DNA of 62,817 bases, filler included, from Basidioascus undulatus (GCA_000826855.1; 12 parts of 12 records of this genome joined end to end with filler, not necessarily neighbours in it), one strand, 5' to 3'. Positions 50,567 through 62,817 are shown, counted from the first letter of the whole stretch. Translations and numbers: made by a program. Notes: generated by a model not told the origin, from the sequence alone.

Positions 50567-52330
50567 ATGACCGACTCCACACCCGCCCCCGAAGCCGCCG
50601 AGCTGAGCGCCGAGCAGCAGGCGCAGTTCAACCTCATCACCCGCAACCTCCAGGAGGTTCTCGGCGGGGACATCATCAAGGGTGTTCTGGCCAAGGGGGA
50701 GACTGTAAAGTGCTACTGGGGTGTGTCTGTGTCTTCCTTCCCTCATTCTCCTGTCATCTGAAGAAGCTCATGATGGGCATTGGGATTGGATAGGCACTGC
50801 TCCCACTGGGCGGCGTATGTCGGTTCTTTGAGGGGGTAATGTGGGAAAGCGCTTAGCTGATGGGAGGGGAGGGACGCAGCACACATTGGGTACTTTGTGC
50901 CTCTGACTAAGATTGCGGACTTCTTGCGCGCGGGTGTCGAGGTGAGCTCCTCCTTCGGTGTCAGCTATGCCGGGGGTGCCGCGCCATACTGACACCTCTC
51001 CCCTCACAGGTCAAGATCCTCCTTGCCGGTCCTTACCTCCCTTCGCCCTTCTCCCGCCCTCCACTCATCCTTCCCCCCACCTACCAGACATTCACGCCTT
51101 CCTCGACAACCTCAAAGCGCCGCTCGACCTCGTTCGTCACAGAGTGCAGTACTACAGCACCCTCCTGCGCGCGACGTTCGTCTCGCTCGGCGTCCCCGTC
51201 GACAAGCTCGTGTTCATCGTCGGCAGCAGCTTCGAGCTGAGCGAGAGCTACGCGATGGACAACTTCCGGCTCGCGAGCATCGTCACCGAGCACGACGCCA
51301 AGAAGGCGGGCGCGGAGGTCGTCAAGCAGGTTGCGAGCCCGTTGCTTAGTGGGCTACTTTACCCGGGCATGCAGGCGCTTGATGAGGAGTACTTGGGGTG
51401 CGACTTCCAGTTTGGGGGGGTCGACCAGGTGCGTACCGGCTCACCGTCTTTCGTTCCATCCTCCCTTCCCTTTGCGTCTCTTTCTTTATTCCTTCCCTTC
51501 TTTCTTACTTTCGCGCTGTCGTTCTTTTCCTTCCTTCCTTCCTTTCCTTCCGCCGCTTTCTCCCTTCGTTTCTTCTCTCCTTCTTACCCTCCCCTTCGTA
51601 TACTTCCTTCTTTTCTTCCTTCCTTCCTTCTTCCTCGCTTACTCTCTTACTCACTTGACCATTTTCTTACTGACTTACTCCCTCCCACAGCGCAAAATCT
51701 TCACCTTCGCGGAGCTATACCTCCCGCGCCTGGGGTACGCCAAGCGCGCGCACCTAATGAACGCGATGGTGCCCGGCCTCGCAGGCGGAAAAATGTCGTC
51801 CTCCGATCCGAACTCGAAGATCGACTTCCTTGACTCGCCCGCGGCGGTGAAGAAGAAGGTCAAGGCCGCGTTCTGCGAGGAGGGCAACGTGTCGGAGAAC
51901 GGCATCCTCGCGTTCGTCAAGGCCGTCATCATCCCAATCTCCCAGCTCAAGCTCTCCCAACCTCTCTCCTCCACCTCCTCGACCTCTCCTTCCCCTTCCA
52001 CCACCCCCTCGTCGCCGTTCGTCGCGGAGAAAGCGCCGGAGGGCACGGTCTTCACGATTGCGCGGGATGAGAAGTGGGGTGGGGACGTGCACTACGCCCG
52101 CTATGAAGACCTTGAGAGGGACTTTGCGGAGCGCAAGATCCACCCGGGCGATTTGAAGAAGGCTGTGGAGGCGGCGATTAATGCCTTGCTGGGCCCGATT
52201 CGCGATGCGTTCGAGAAGGATCAGGAGTGGCATAATGTCGAGAAGCTCGCGTATCCCCCGCCTGCGCCGGTCGAGGCACCGAAGAAGAAGAAGGTGCGTT
52301 CGCCTCTTCGTTCCCACACCTTCCTTCCCC
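50567..52330 (+). CDS. TYS1: Cytosolic tyrosyl-tRNA synthetase (3' end cut by linker)
   Basis: YWGTAPTGRPHIGY (HIGH-like); [58 protein letters not shown]. Confidence 0.97.
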
Positions 52331-53150
52331 NNNNNNNNNNNNNNNNNNNNNNNNNNNNNNNNNNNNNNNNNNNNTTAATTAATTAANNNNNNNNNNNNNN
52401 NNNNNNNNNNNNNNNNNNNNNNNNNNNNNNTAATATATGGAATTCCTGAGGCCACCCTGCCCCCTGGCTGGTGGTGAAATTTGTTCAGTGCGGTGTGAGG
52501 AGGGAAGGAGATGCGGGGAGACCTACCCGCCGAGGTTGACACCCCGGATAACAGGTGGCGCGACTCCCTCAGAGAAAGCAGCGACTGCGACGGCAGCGGC
52601 GAGCGAGACGAGTGGGGCGGAGCGAAACATCGAAATAAGCGTCGTGATTGAGCGAGAGTGAGGGTCACCGTGTGATTAGTGCGATGTTGATAGTCGATAG
52701 AATGTCAGTTGCAAATGAGTGTGGGGTTCCAAAAGAGTGTGGGTGCGTCGATACACGACAGAGCGAGATGCGAGACGAGAGACGAGAGACGAGCGGGGAA
52801 GTGAGGGGGTGATGCAAGAGGTGAGGCAGGAGCGTCGTCTCGTCTCTCCCGCATGTGCATCCGAACCTCGAACGCGATACCAAGCCCAACAACATGCAGC
52901 AGATGCAGGGAACTCGAGACGGAGGCGCGCGCTGTGTATCCCCGCGGCGAAGGGGTGTGCTAGCGCGAGATTGTACGTTTATGAAGGACGCGCGATCGGC
53001 GTGACAGCCGCCAGGGGTGCCGGGCGGGTGGGTGATTTCAGGGGGAAGGGATATGCGTGCTGGTGTTACATTTGCAAGATGCGGTACAGGTTAAGATCTG
53101 GTCGGACGTGAAGGAGGAAGAAGAGAGACGACGTGAGAGGGAGAGGGCCG

Positions 53151-53832
53151 TCACTTGGACGACTGCTTGTAGCCCGTCGTATCCCTGTTGCCTCGCAACA
53201 CAACTTTCAGCTCGCTGCGTCCAACATCCAAAACAAAAGATGAGGCACACAAGACTTGTTTCCCGCAAATCGCGCACACGCCCTTCTTGTATGCGCAATC
53301 TGTGGTACGGGGTTGGTAGGAGGAGGAAGGAGGGGGAGAGGGAGAAGGACCCACTTTGGCAGTACTTCGCCTCGTTCTGCGATACGTTCGACTTGCAGAT
53401 CTTGCACTTGTTCGCGGACATGCCGTATGGCTGGAAACGCTCTGGTCCGCCCCACCCCCCAAACACCATCAGCGCTCGCCGACCTCTTCCACCCGTCGCG
53501 CGACCAGCCAAACTGGAACAAGTAAGGTAGCGTGGCTCACTCTTTGACAGGAGCTTGTTCTTCCCTACTTCCCGATCCTCCTTTATCCGGCTCGGGCCGG
53601 CCGCGGCGGAGCTGGAGGAGGACGAAGAGGCGCCGGAGAGGCGGAAGGGGTCGGGGGCGGCGACTTTGTTGAGCTCTGTGAACGGGACGACGGGAATCCG
53701 GATCAGTAAGGTTAATAGGGTCCGTGCAAGATTCTGTGGGCGCACTCTTTTCACCTGTGGAAAGAGAGAGGAGTCAGGATCGCTATCTCGGAGAGAAGCG
53801 TAGAAGATGGACGGACACTTTGCGCAGACCAT
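53151..53832 (-). CDS. CRIPT: CRIPT-like cysteine-rich PDZ-binding/spliceosome-associated protein
   Basis: Spliced MVCAKCEKKLNKVAAPDPF...REVGKNKLLSK...CKICKSNV...YCQxCAYKKGVCAICGKQ...DTTGYKQSSK*. Confidence 0.92.
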
Positions 53833-54346
53833 CGTTTAAAGGCTGAGCGCAAGCAGCGGTGTCTCCGACGCCGCTATTGAATGCTGCTAAGGGTGATGTG
53901 AAGGGGTCCCGATGGGGGATATGGAGTCCGAAAGAGCAAGACTCCGCGAGGCGGCTGTGGCGGTATCAAGCCAAGGTCCAACGTTGGACGGCGAGCTCGC
54001 TCTCCTGGCCCAAGCGAGCTCTCTCCCGCGCTCACCGTCATCACCGCCCCGCTCTCCGCTTCACCTGGTCCGTACACGCTCGCCCGATATCCTACACCCA
54101 CGGCATATTGAAATCAATCTGAAATCGCTAGGATTTATCCAGAAGATCTACGACACTCTGTACAACCCTCTATAGACATAACCGCCCACTCGCACCGCCT
54201 CGTCATCAGCCCGACCCTTGCCCCTGCGCAGCTCGAGCCGGCTTCACCCTCGCCTTTCGATCTTTCGCTGTGATACCCTTCAAAGTGCGTCGTTTATAAA
54301 CATATTGGGTATCTGGGGAGCATGCTGATGTGAGAGGGGATGCAGA

Positions 54347-55827
54347 ATGGATCCCTCCGTCCCGCTCGTGGTGCGTGCTGCTGAGCTGGTCCGGGAGCTG
54401 CGGAGGCAGGCTGCTGATCTGGGGGTTGGATGGGCGGGTGTAGATTGACAACGGAACTGGTGCGTATATACCTTCTCAGAACTTCCATGGACCCACGCTC
54501 ACTTCGGACACCCCTCAGGTTTCGTCAAGACCGGTTGGGCCGGTGCGTTCGAGCTTCAATGTCCCACAGCTCGCTGTCCTCGCTGACCTTGTTCGGCCTT
54601 CGCAGGTTCCAATTTCCCCGAGCATGGTGTGCCCCTCCCATGCCCCCCTCCTGCATTGCAGCTCACCCTCGCCGCGCCCCAGTCTTCCCCTCCATCGTCG
54701 GCCGCCCGATCCTGCGCGCCGAAGAGCGGATCGGGAACGCCGCGATCAAGGACATCATGGTCGGGGACGAGGCGGCGGAGCACCGCTCGTTCCTGCAAGT
54801 GACGCAGCCAATGGAGCACGGTATCGTGAAGAACTGGGGTGACATGAAGCACCTCTGGGACTACACGATCGACGAGAAGCTGCGCATCGACCCCGTCGGA
54901 AGGAAGGTCCTCCTCACCGAGCCGCCGATGAACCCAAAGGTCAACAGGGAGAAGATGTGCCAGGTCATGTTTGAGGAGTATGGGTTTGGAGGCGTGTATG
55001 TCGCGATTCAAGCGGTGCTGACGCTGTACGCGCAAGGTGCGCTGCTCTCCTCCCCCTTCCTCCTCCCTCCCACCTTCTCCTCTCTCCCTTCCCCGCCTTA
55101 ACCTTCCTCCTTCCCACCTCCTCACCTCCCCCTCATCCCCGGCCCCCTCCAGGCCTACAAACCGGCGTCGTCGTCGACTCGGGCGACGGCGTGACGCACG
55201 TCGTGCCCGTGTACGAAGGGTTCGCGCTCCCGCACCTCACGCGCCGGCTCGACGTCGCGGGGCGGGACGTGACGCGGTACCTGATCAAGCTCCTCCTCAT
55301 GCGCGGGTACGCGTTCAACCGCACCGCCGACTTTGAGACTGTGCGCCAGATCAAGGAGAAGCTGTGCTTCACCAGGTGAGGGGACGATGGCTGCTTGGCA
55401 GATGCAGAGCTTGCGCGGCGATGGGCGAGAGGCGAGGTATTGACTGTTCACCCCGGTGTTCCTGACAGCTACGACCTCGAGATGGACAAGCGGCTAGCGG
55501 AGGAGACGACAACGCTCGTTGAGTCGTACACCGTGCGTCTTCTCCTTCCCTCTTCACTTCCCCTCGCTCTTCCACTCACCCTATCTCGTTACAGCTCCCC
55601 GACGGCCGCGTGATCAAGGTAGGCTCAGAGCGGTTCGAGGCGCCCGAGTGCATGTTCCAGCCGCACCTCGTCGACGTCGAGCAGCCGGGGATGGCCGGTC
55701 CGTCTCCTCCCCATTCCTCTCCTCCCCCACTCCTCCCCTGTTCCCTCCATCCCGCTAATCTCTTTCTCCCTCTCTCTCCCCTTACCCCTTTCTCCTTCCC
55801 CCGTCTCCCTTCCACTCTGCCTCCGTT
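54347..55827 (+). CDS. ARP2: Actin-related protein 2 (3' partial)
   Basis: [103 protein letters not shown]. Confidence 0.97.
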
Positions 55828-55991
55828 NNNNNNNNNNNNNNNNNNNNNNNNNNNNNNNNNNNNNNNNNNNNTTAATTAATTAANNNNNNNNNNNNNNNNN
55901 NNNNNNNNNNNNNNNNNNNNNNNNNNNGCCCTCGACAAGCTCCTGCACCTCCTCCAGACCCTCTCCCCCTCTCATTGCCCCCTCTCCGCAG

Positions 55992-56261
55992 ATCGACGTA
56001 TCCGGCGGCGACAAGATCCCCCGCAAAGGGGGCCCGGGGATCTCGCAGTCCGACCTGCTCATCGTAAACAAGACCGACCTCGCGCCGCACGTCGGGGCCG
56101 ACCTGGGGGTGATGAAGCGCGACGCCGACCGGATGCGCGCCCCGGGGGGGCCGACGCTGTTTTGCTCTGTCAGGAATGGGGAGGGCGTGGAGGGGGTGCT
56201 GGAGTGCGTGCTGGCGGCGTGGAGGGGGAGCGGGGCGGCTGGGAAGGGGGAAGGCCGGTGA
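55992..56261 (+). CDS. ureG: Urease accessory GTPase UreG, last exon
   Basis: [45 protein letters not shown], preceded by a pyrimidine tract and CAG acceptor, so a eukaryotic intron-containing copy. Confidence 0.93.
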   Translation: MDVSGGDKIPRKGGPGISQSDLLIVNKTDLAPHVGADLGVMKRDADRMRAPGGPTLFCSVRNGEGVEGVLECVLAAWRGSGAAGKGEGR

Positions 56262-57489
56262 GAGGGGATAGGGGAGGGGGGATGAGAGGGTGGGACGCTT
56301 CTTGGGCATGTGTCCGGTTTTTTGTGTGAAGACTGAAGCGGTGTCGAATCGAATGAGAGGCGCCTATTGAACGGCACGCTGGGTCGGACCGACCGCGCCG
56401 CGTCGCGCGTCACATCGCGTCCGCATCATTTTGCCTTCAGAGCGTTCGCCCCACACTTTGAAAGGTGGCATCAGTAACGATGCCTTCACTCGACGAAACG
56501 GGCTTGGGTGGTCACCGCCGGCGCTCGGCATGGAGTAAGTTACCTTTACTGAATTTCAGCCTGGCGGATGCGACACCTGCTCGCCAGCCTGGATGCGTTA
56601 CTCCTGGACTGTTCTTACCCCTGCTTCATGCCACAGACTCCAATTTCATTTCATAGAAGCATAATCTCTGCTCATCGACAAGAGTCTCAATAGCCCACTG
56701 CCTTGCACTGCCGCCGCCTCCACACGTTTTCGTTTGTTGCAAGACAGAAAGAGGAGCTTCGTCACTCACGTAGGACTTTTTCAGGCGACTCCAATGCTAC
56801 ATGTATGTAGAGCTGGATTTGTCATTGGACAAAAGAAAGGAAAGTCGGCACTGGAACGCGGGAACAGTGAACTTCCGGTGGTGGCGCTCCTTAACGAGCA
56901 ACGTAAGGTGGCAGCAGGGCCGAGCATGTAAAAAGCCTTTTGCATACCATAAATTGAATACCATTGTGGATCGTGAGGGTGCTCCGAAGTATCGGCATCG
57001 CCCCTGTTCTTCGTTCCAGGGAAAACACGGGAAGAGGCGAGGTACGGTCTAGTACCGTTGCCGTGATTGCAACGGAGCAGGCCGTCACGGTGTCAAATGC
57101 TTCAAAATAGGCGCTGTGGAATGTTCATCCTTAAGGCAAATACTAAGTCGACGCAATATTCTCCTGGGCGTGCGAAGAGTGGCAACCCGAAAGAGGCAGT
57201 TCGCAGCCGCCCTCTTTCCCCGAAGGATTACGCACAACAGATTATCGAGCGGGTTCCGGTATTCTCATCCTGAACTTGACCCCTTTATTATTCAAGTATG
57301 ATAAGAACCAATTATCAGGGCTCGCCGACCTCGCAGGCACAGGAGCCAGAAGATCGCATCGTCTTCTACCAGTTACCCTCATCAGCAGGCCTCCGAGCAT
57401 CGTATCCCTGCACCTCAACCACACTCCAAGTCATGGCGTGTGCACTTCCCAGCCATTCCTCTTGGACTACAGTCAAGGATATTGCGCTT

Positions 57490-59073
57490 CTGACCCGCCC
57501 CGTCCGCTGCAGAAGAATCGACCTTTGAAGCACCTGGTGGTGCTGTCCTACCCGTTCCTCGGACATGCGTAGGGTTTCTTTTTCTTCTTTACATTCACCA
57601 TCCATAAAAGTACACGAAGTTTGAACATGATCCCTTATAGTCGCCCCATCTTGGCGTTCCTGGCTCGACTGCTCGCGGACCACCCAACCTCCTGGTCACC
57701 TACGTGAACCATCAGGCTCCTCCGTCAAACTCACACAAACCTCGATGGTTGTTTCAGCCCTCGCCGTATTCATCGGGACCATGCGCTTCATCCGTCGAGC
57801 AGACGGTGTCATCCTTCCCACTTCTACCTATTTTGAGCCCCAGGCGACCGAGTACGTGCGATCGTGGTACCAGAAGGACCTGAAGAAGCGGGTCTACACC
57901 GTCGGTCTTCAGCTACCCAGCGAGTATTGGGCGGGGGAGGAGGTGGCGGAAGGAGGTATACTCGAGCGGTACGCTGCTTCCAGTCGAGCGACGAACAAGG
58001 ACGTCGACGACGTGCATGCGTTCCTTGACGAGAGTACGGCCCGAACTCGCTGCTGTACATCTCCGGGTGCGTGAAATGTCACGTATCGCTTGTTTGCTCC
58101 TTCATGCTCAACATAAATATATATCGAAAGAAATCTCTACCTCCCCATACACATGCTTCTTCCGCTCACCAAGCTCGCCCCACGACGCTGATACCCCTTA
58201 ACAGCTTCAAACAGTCACTGCTCTTATCGACGCTCTCATTGAGGTCGAGACGCCCTTCTCATTCGTCTTCTCTACGGGAGGACTCTTTGCCTCTCTTTCA
58301 GAAGACGTGCGCGAGCGCCAGAGCGGTCGAGGCATCATCAGTAGCGGCTGGGTGTCGCAGCAGGCGCTTCTCACCCACAAGGCGACGGGTTGGTTCTTGT
58401 CCCGCGAGTTCTCCCCTTCATGTTGTACCTACGGTGTACTGGTCAAAAAGATATTTTACGGACCGCGGTGGGTGTCTCATACGAAACATACCTCCGAGCG
58501 AACACAGTCGCTGACTGTACCTCCATTTATCCTACAGTTCAACTCCACCATGGAGAGCCTCGCAGCGGGTATCCCACTTATTTTCTATCCCTTGTACGAA
58601 TAAACATTCTGTTTGAATTTTTCGTCATTGGTTGTCCGAATTCTGGAAGGGAATCAGCGTCAGAGACCAATGCAGCAACGCCTCAATGCTCAGCAACACC
58701 GGCAACCCCGCCGCGTTCGAGCTATTGGAGGTTAGCCCTTTCTTCCTCTCAGCCCCCACACTCCTCTCATATTGACGTTCCCTCCCCTAGACCCGCGCAG
58801 GCAACGTCGGCCGCGCCCCTCTCCACGTCCGGGTTAAGCCTATCCAATGCACAGCCGAGTCCGTCGAAGCCGAGCTGCTCGACGTGTTCGCTCTGGCGCG
58901 CGGGGAAAAGGGCGCGCAGCGCCGACGTCGGGGGCAGGAGCTAGCTGCTCTGCTGAAGGAGGCGGGCGAGACGGAGGGAAGGGAGGAACGGGCGAGGCTT
59001 GTGGCAGACATCTAGAAAGATTCGACCGCGGGGGAGATGCTGGGGCAAGGTAGTTAGGAGCGCAATGAAGCAA
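57490..59073 (+). pseudogene. UDP-glycosyltransferase (GT1) pseudogene-like remnant
   Basis: KHLVVLSYPFLGH; ADGVILPTSTYFEPQA; VYTVGLQLP; PSPG-like GWVSQQALLTHKATGWFLS...NSTMESLAAGIPLIFYP. There is a frameshift between FLDE and YGPNSLLYIS (~58030), much of the N-terminal domain seems missing, and no clear ATG. Boundaries approximate. Confidence 0.7.
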
Positions 59074-62000
59074 TAGAGATGTTCAGATGGCTGATCGAAT
59101 TTTTTGATGCTGATGCGGTAGAACGAAGGCGCGAGCACACACGGAAGGTACGAGGGCAAGAAGCGAGGGCACTTTATGATATGTGAACGAAAGTGGAAAA
59201 ACGAATGCAAAAAGGTTGTGTAATCGCGCAGTATGGAAGCCCGAAGAAGATTGATCAAGTCAAGCCGAGATGATGAGGGATGCGAAAGATGGATGAAGGG
59301 TAAAACCGAAGGATTGTTGAGTTGNNNNNNNNNNNNNNNNNNNNNNNNNNNNNNNNNNNNNNNNNNNNTTAATTAATTAANNNNNNNNNNNNNNNNNNNN
59401 NNNNNNNNNNNNNNNNNNNNNNNNTGGAGCGCGGTGGGGAGGCGGGGGGAGAGGGGAGCGAGGAGATGGAGGATACGGGGGAGGCTCGCAGCGGGAAGGG
59501 CCGGTACTGGTGCACGTCCGATGAGGTGAGGACGGTGGAGGAGGAGGACGCGACCGCCGCGGGCCAGCGCGGGGAGGAGCGCGAGGAGGGGGGAGTGTAC
59601 GGCATCCTGGTGCGTCTACGTCCTCAAGTATCTGAGTTCCAACATCACAGTCAGCCTTGTACAGTACGGGGGGAGGTGGGCGTACCTGGGCCTGGCCTGG
59701 ACACACCCTGTTGCCTATCGGGGGGAGAGAGTGGGGCGTCAGTGCGGCTGATGGTGGCGGTTGGGGACATGGATGTGCGGGCGGTAAAGAATCAAGGATC
59801 GATAGTCGCAGCTGCGCGATTTGTTCTGTTTTCGCGCAATGACGGGGTGTTTCGCGACCCCTCCCTCAACACCGCGGGCCTTCGCGGCTCCATGAGCGGG
59901 TACAGCGGCCAAGGCACACCCCACGCGAGCTTGGGGACGATCTCTTCCTCCGCATTCCCAATTCTCTCCGCCCAGACAACAGACAGACACTCGCCAGCGA
60001 CGATGAAGGAGAATGTGGCGAGAGGGCGAAAGAGCGATGAGAACGGGTGAGCGAAGGCTGCGGGGCCTGGTTCGCAAGCTACCCGAGACTGGGTGTGGGT
60101 CGCGTCGCGGTGACTGAGGAAGGGGAAGCCAGGAGGGCGGCACGAATAACTATAAACTAGGGGTGCGTCAGAAGGCGCGGGCGCGGGCGCGGGTGGGGCA
60201 GCAGCAGCAGGTCATGAGACAGAGAAGCTCCAGCACACGCACCTGCCGTCTGATCCCAGAACACTCAGCAGCGACGGCGGAGGAGAGGACGAGATGGAAG
60301 GAGAAGACCGCCTGCCAGGCAGCGAGCGAGTTTGTTATGTGCGGGGAGATTTGGAGCGAGGGCGGGGCCAGGTGGAGAACGCTAGACCGCTAGGAGGGGA
60401 GCCAGGGGGGTGGATTGGAGATCTGCTCGAAGTTGCCGAGTGTGCGGAGCGCGGAGCAAGTGCGGGTGGATGCAAAGTCAACCAAGCTGAGGGGCACGAA
60501 GGGGGGTGAACCTCTGCGATGTGCGGACGCAGCTTATTTCAAATCCCAAAGTAAATCCTCTTCCTCTTCCTTGCCCTTCTCCTGTAAACGTGTGAAAGCC
60601 GGTGGCGACGCTGATCTGCACAGAGAAGAGAAGACAAAAGCCTCCTCCTTGACGCGCGACGTTGCTCGCGCCGTTAGCCCTGAGCCGAGAGCGCTCGCTC
60701 CAGCACGTTGGGTTCATGTTCGCCGGTGCCTTGAGCCTTGCCGCGCTCTTCGATCGCGATCGCGCACCGTGTGTGTCTTCATCGAAAGGTTGTGCCTTGC
60801 CGATCCTTTTTTCTCAACCCACCTCCTCTGCTCACACCCCACCACCACTCAACACCTCCGCATCACCCTTCTCTCTTCCCTCTCCTTTGTCTCTTCAATC
60901 TCTCTTCCCTCCCCTTCTCCTCGCCCAATTTCCCCCTGTCGGACGTCTGCCGTCTAGCGGTTTTCGGGAAATTTGGAGCTGGGGGTGTGGGGCGCGTGGG
61001 CGGGCGCGGCGGAGGGAGAGGGGGAGCGATCGGGGAAGTGGGTGTGGGTTCCTGCACTTCAATTCCAGCTTGCGTTCAGCAAGGGCAACGCAAAATGACG
61101 CCAGCTGTCCCGCGGGACAGGTGGATGATGAACGCGGGGCGCAGGCTGGCCTGGCACTCACCGTGGCCCGTTCATGTTGCCTTTGCCAGCGACGCATTTC
61201 GCAGCTTGCAGCCGGGCTTCTTTCAGTCATGAATGTAGACGTTTGCATGAATATTCTGAGCATTTCCGAGCTGGGGTACTTCCGCGGTTGTGTGCGGCTA
61301 TCCAGGAGCCCAAGCCGCCTGGAATCGGAGAGCGAAGCCGCTTGCGGGCCCAGCTGTAAAGCGGAACGGCTGCAAAAGGTTCGCTGTGGCACACACGCAT
61401 GTCGACCGACGCTTCACTCTCTTCCGAACCGGCTTGAACTGGCCACCAGAAGTGGACAGAGAAGCGAAGGGGGTGGCGACAGCCGAGGACTTTTTGCCAT
61501 CTCGTTTGTTGTAGCTGATCAGAGGCTCAACTGGGGGACAGTCGACCACGTCGCGGCTAAGGGGGTGCGATTCATCTTCACTTTCCTCGTTGCCATGGGA
61601 AACCTCAAGATCCCGTTATAGGGTACGGTCAACTCCATATCTGGAATTAAGATAGCAAGCAGCTCGGCTGCAATCCGAAGCGATGTTCCAGCTTCGTGCT
61701 TCGAATTCGCGAGGCCCGGACCAGCTCTTCCCTCTCAGCACGGCACAGCACTCTTCCCCACAGCCGTTCAGGTACAGTTTACGCATGTTCTCAACCATTC
61801 GCTTGGGCTATGAGCCTGCGGGAGCAAGCCCACTCGTGCCGTGGGTTCCTGTACCGTGCACGGCGGCTTCAAGCTCCACGCTCGCACCTCCTCACTCATC
61901 TCATTGCCCAGCTCCAGGCCACACCAGCTTCAGGCACACCAAGCCTAGCTCAAGTCCCTCATGTTAATCCCGGCGCTTTATTAAGCTCCGCGGAGCTCGG

Positions 62001-62747
62001 AGTTGGAGAACCTTTTTGGTGGACAGGGGAAGCCTTGAACGCCTGGGCGGCGATGGCCGTGCGCCTGCTGGCGTCCTGCAGAGGTATTCGAGAGTCTGTG
62101 GTGCTGCAGTCACCTTTATGGGCCGTGTATCCGGTAGACAATTCTTATATCTATTGCGGGTCCGGCACACTCCCGAGCGTGGCTTGCGAGCCGGGAAGGT
62201 GCTCCCGCTTAGGTAGCCTCTCGGAGCAGCTTCCTCCGAAGCCGCTCTCTTCCATGTGCTCACAGGAGGATAGGAGGCCACACGTTAGGCAGGCAGGCAA
62301 CTCTGACCGTCGAAACACGCGCACAAGACTCAGAGTGAACCATAGTATAGGTCCGCTGCAAGCCGACCCCACCGTTCAAACACGGGAATCATGCTGTACG
62401 GACTGCAGTGTCCTTTCTGTTGGGTCTTTGGACAGACACCCAAAGACATCCCTGCCGCGCAGAACTCCTGCAACCTGGTCCATCCAAGGAAGAACAAGCA
62501 GCTATTAGGTTTTTCATAACTCACAGAGATTCACCAACAACCAATACTTGAGTTATGATAACGGTCACTAGTGGCGCCGGTGCTGGAGTGGCCGTTGTGC
62601 AACTCACATTTATAGGTAGCTCTCTATTGCATCACCCCGCTTACATGCTTCTTCATGGACTCAGAGCGCGAAACGATTTGTTTCCTTGCAAGTTAAACAG
62701 AACCGTCTGGCCTACACTTGTGTTTCAGGCAGAAGAAAATAATGGCA

Positions 62748-62817
62748 GGCGAGATGGCCGAGCGGTCTAAGGCGCCAGACTAAGGATCTGGTCCGAAAGG
62801 GCGTGGGTTCGAATCCC
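62748..62817 (+). tRNA. tRNA-Leu (anticodon AAG), intronless, 3' end truncated at window end
   Basis: GGCGAGATGGCCGAGCGGTCTAAGGCG (A-box/D-arm), anticodon arm CCAGA-CTAAGGA-TCTGG, long variable arm TCCGAAAGGG, T-loop GGTTCGAATCCC. Confidence 0.95.

Noticed and set aside
55992..56261. ureG as bacterial contamination or HGT
   Set aside because: It is preceded by a spliceosomal acceptor and C/T-rich intron like the host genes, and fungi normally encode UreG.
59425..62740. ORFs 59466-60050, 60662-61621 and 61696-62508, or a long ncRNA upstream of the tRNA
   Set aside because: No family motifs, consistent exon structure or clear RNA fold by eye; an Rfam/Infernal scan and RNA-seq would be needed.

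Overview
This is eukaryotic, intron-rich, high-GC fungal DNA; the gene families and GTGCGT...GCTGAC...CAG introns point to a basidiomycete. It is not one locus. Eleven artificial 100-bp linkers (N44-TTAATTAATTAA-N44) join one long contig (1-24354) to eleven ~3.4-kb contigs, so gene neighbourhood across linkers means nothing. The long contig looks accessory: a LINE reverse-transcriptase remnant, an O-methyltransferase, a DUF6533-like multipass membrane protein, a secreted GH23/lytic-transglycosylase-fold protein, a dienelactone hydrolase, a protein with two degenerate RhoGEF (DH)-like repeats, an F-box-like gene frameshifted by a 20-bp tandem duplication, and a class I hydrophobin that the ORF track misses. 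The short contigs carry mostly housekeeping genes or fragments: J-domain protein, XRCC2-like, GH16, arrestin-like, probable separase, histidine phosphatase, NTO1, MRH4, KAR4/METTL14, TTC1-like, Clr2-like, PRE4, TYS1, CRIPT, ARP2, UreG and tRNA-Leu(AAG). They also carry two apparent pseudogenes (alpha/beta hydrolase, UDP-glycosyltransferase). I found no convincing new multi-gene system. The best leads are the GH23 protein, the tandem pseudo-DH protein, introns that are almost all purine or all pyrimidine, and a suspicious KAR4/TTC1 collision. All family assignments come from motif recognition by eye; no searches were run, and exon boundaries were read manually.
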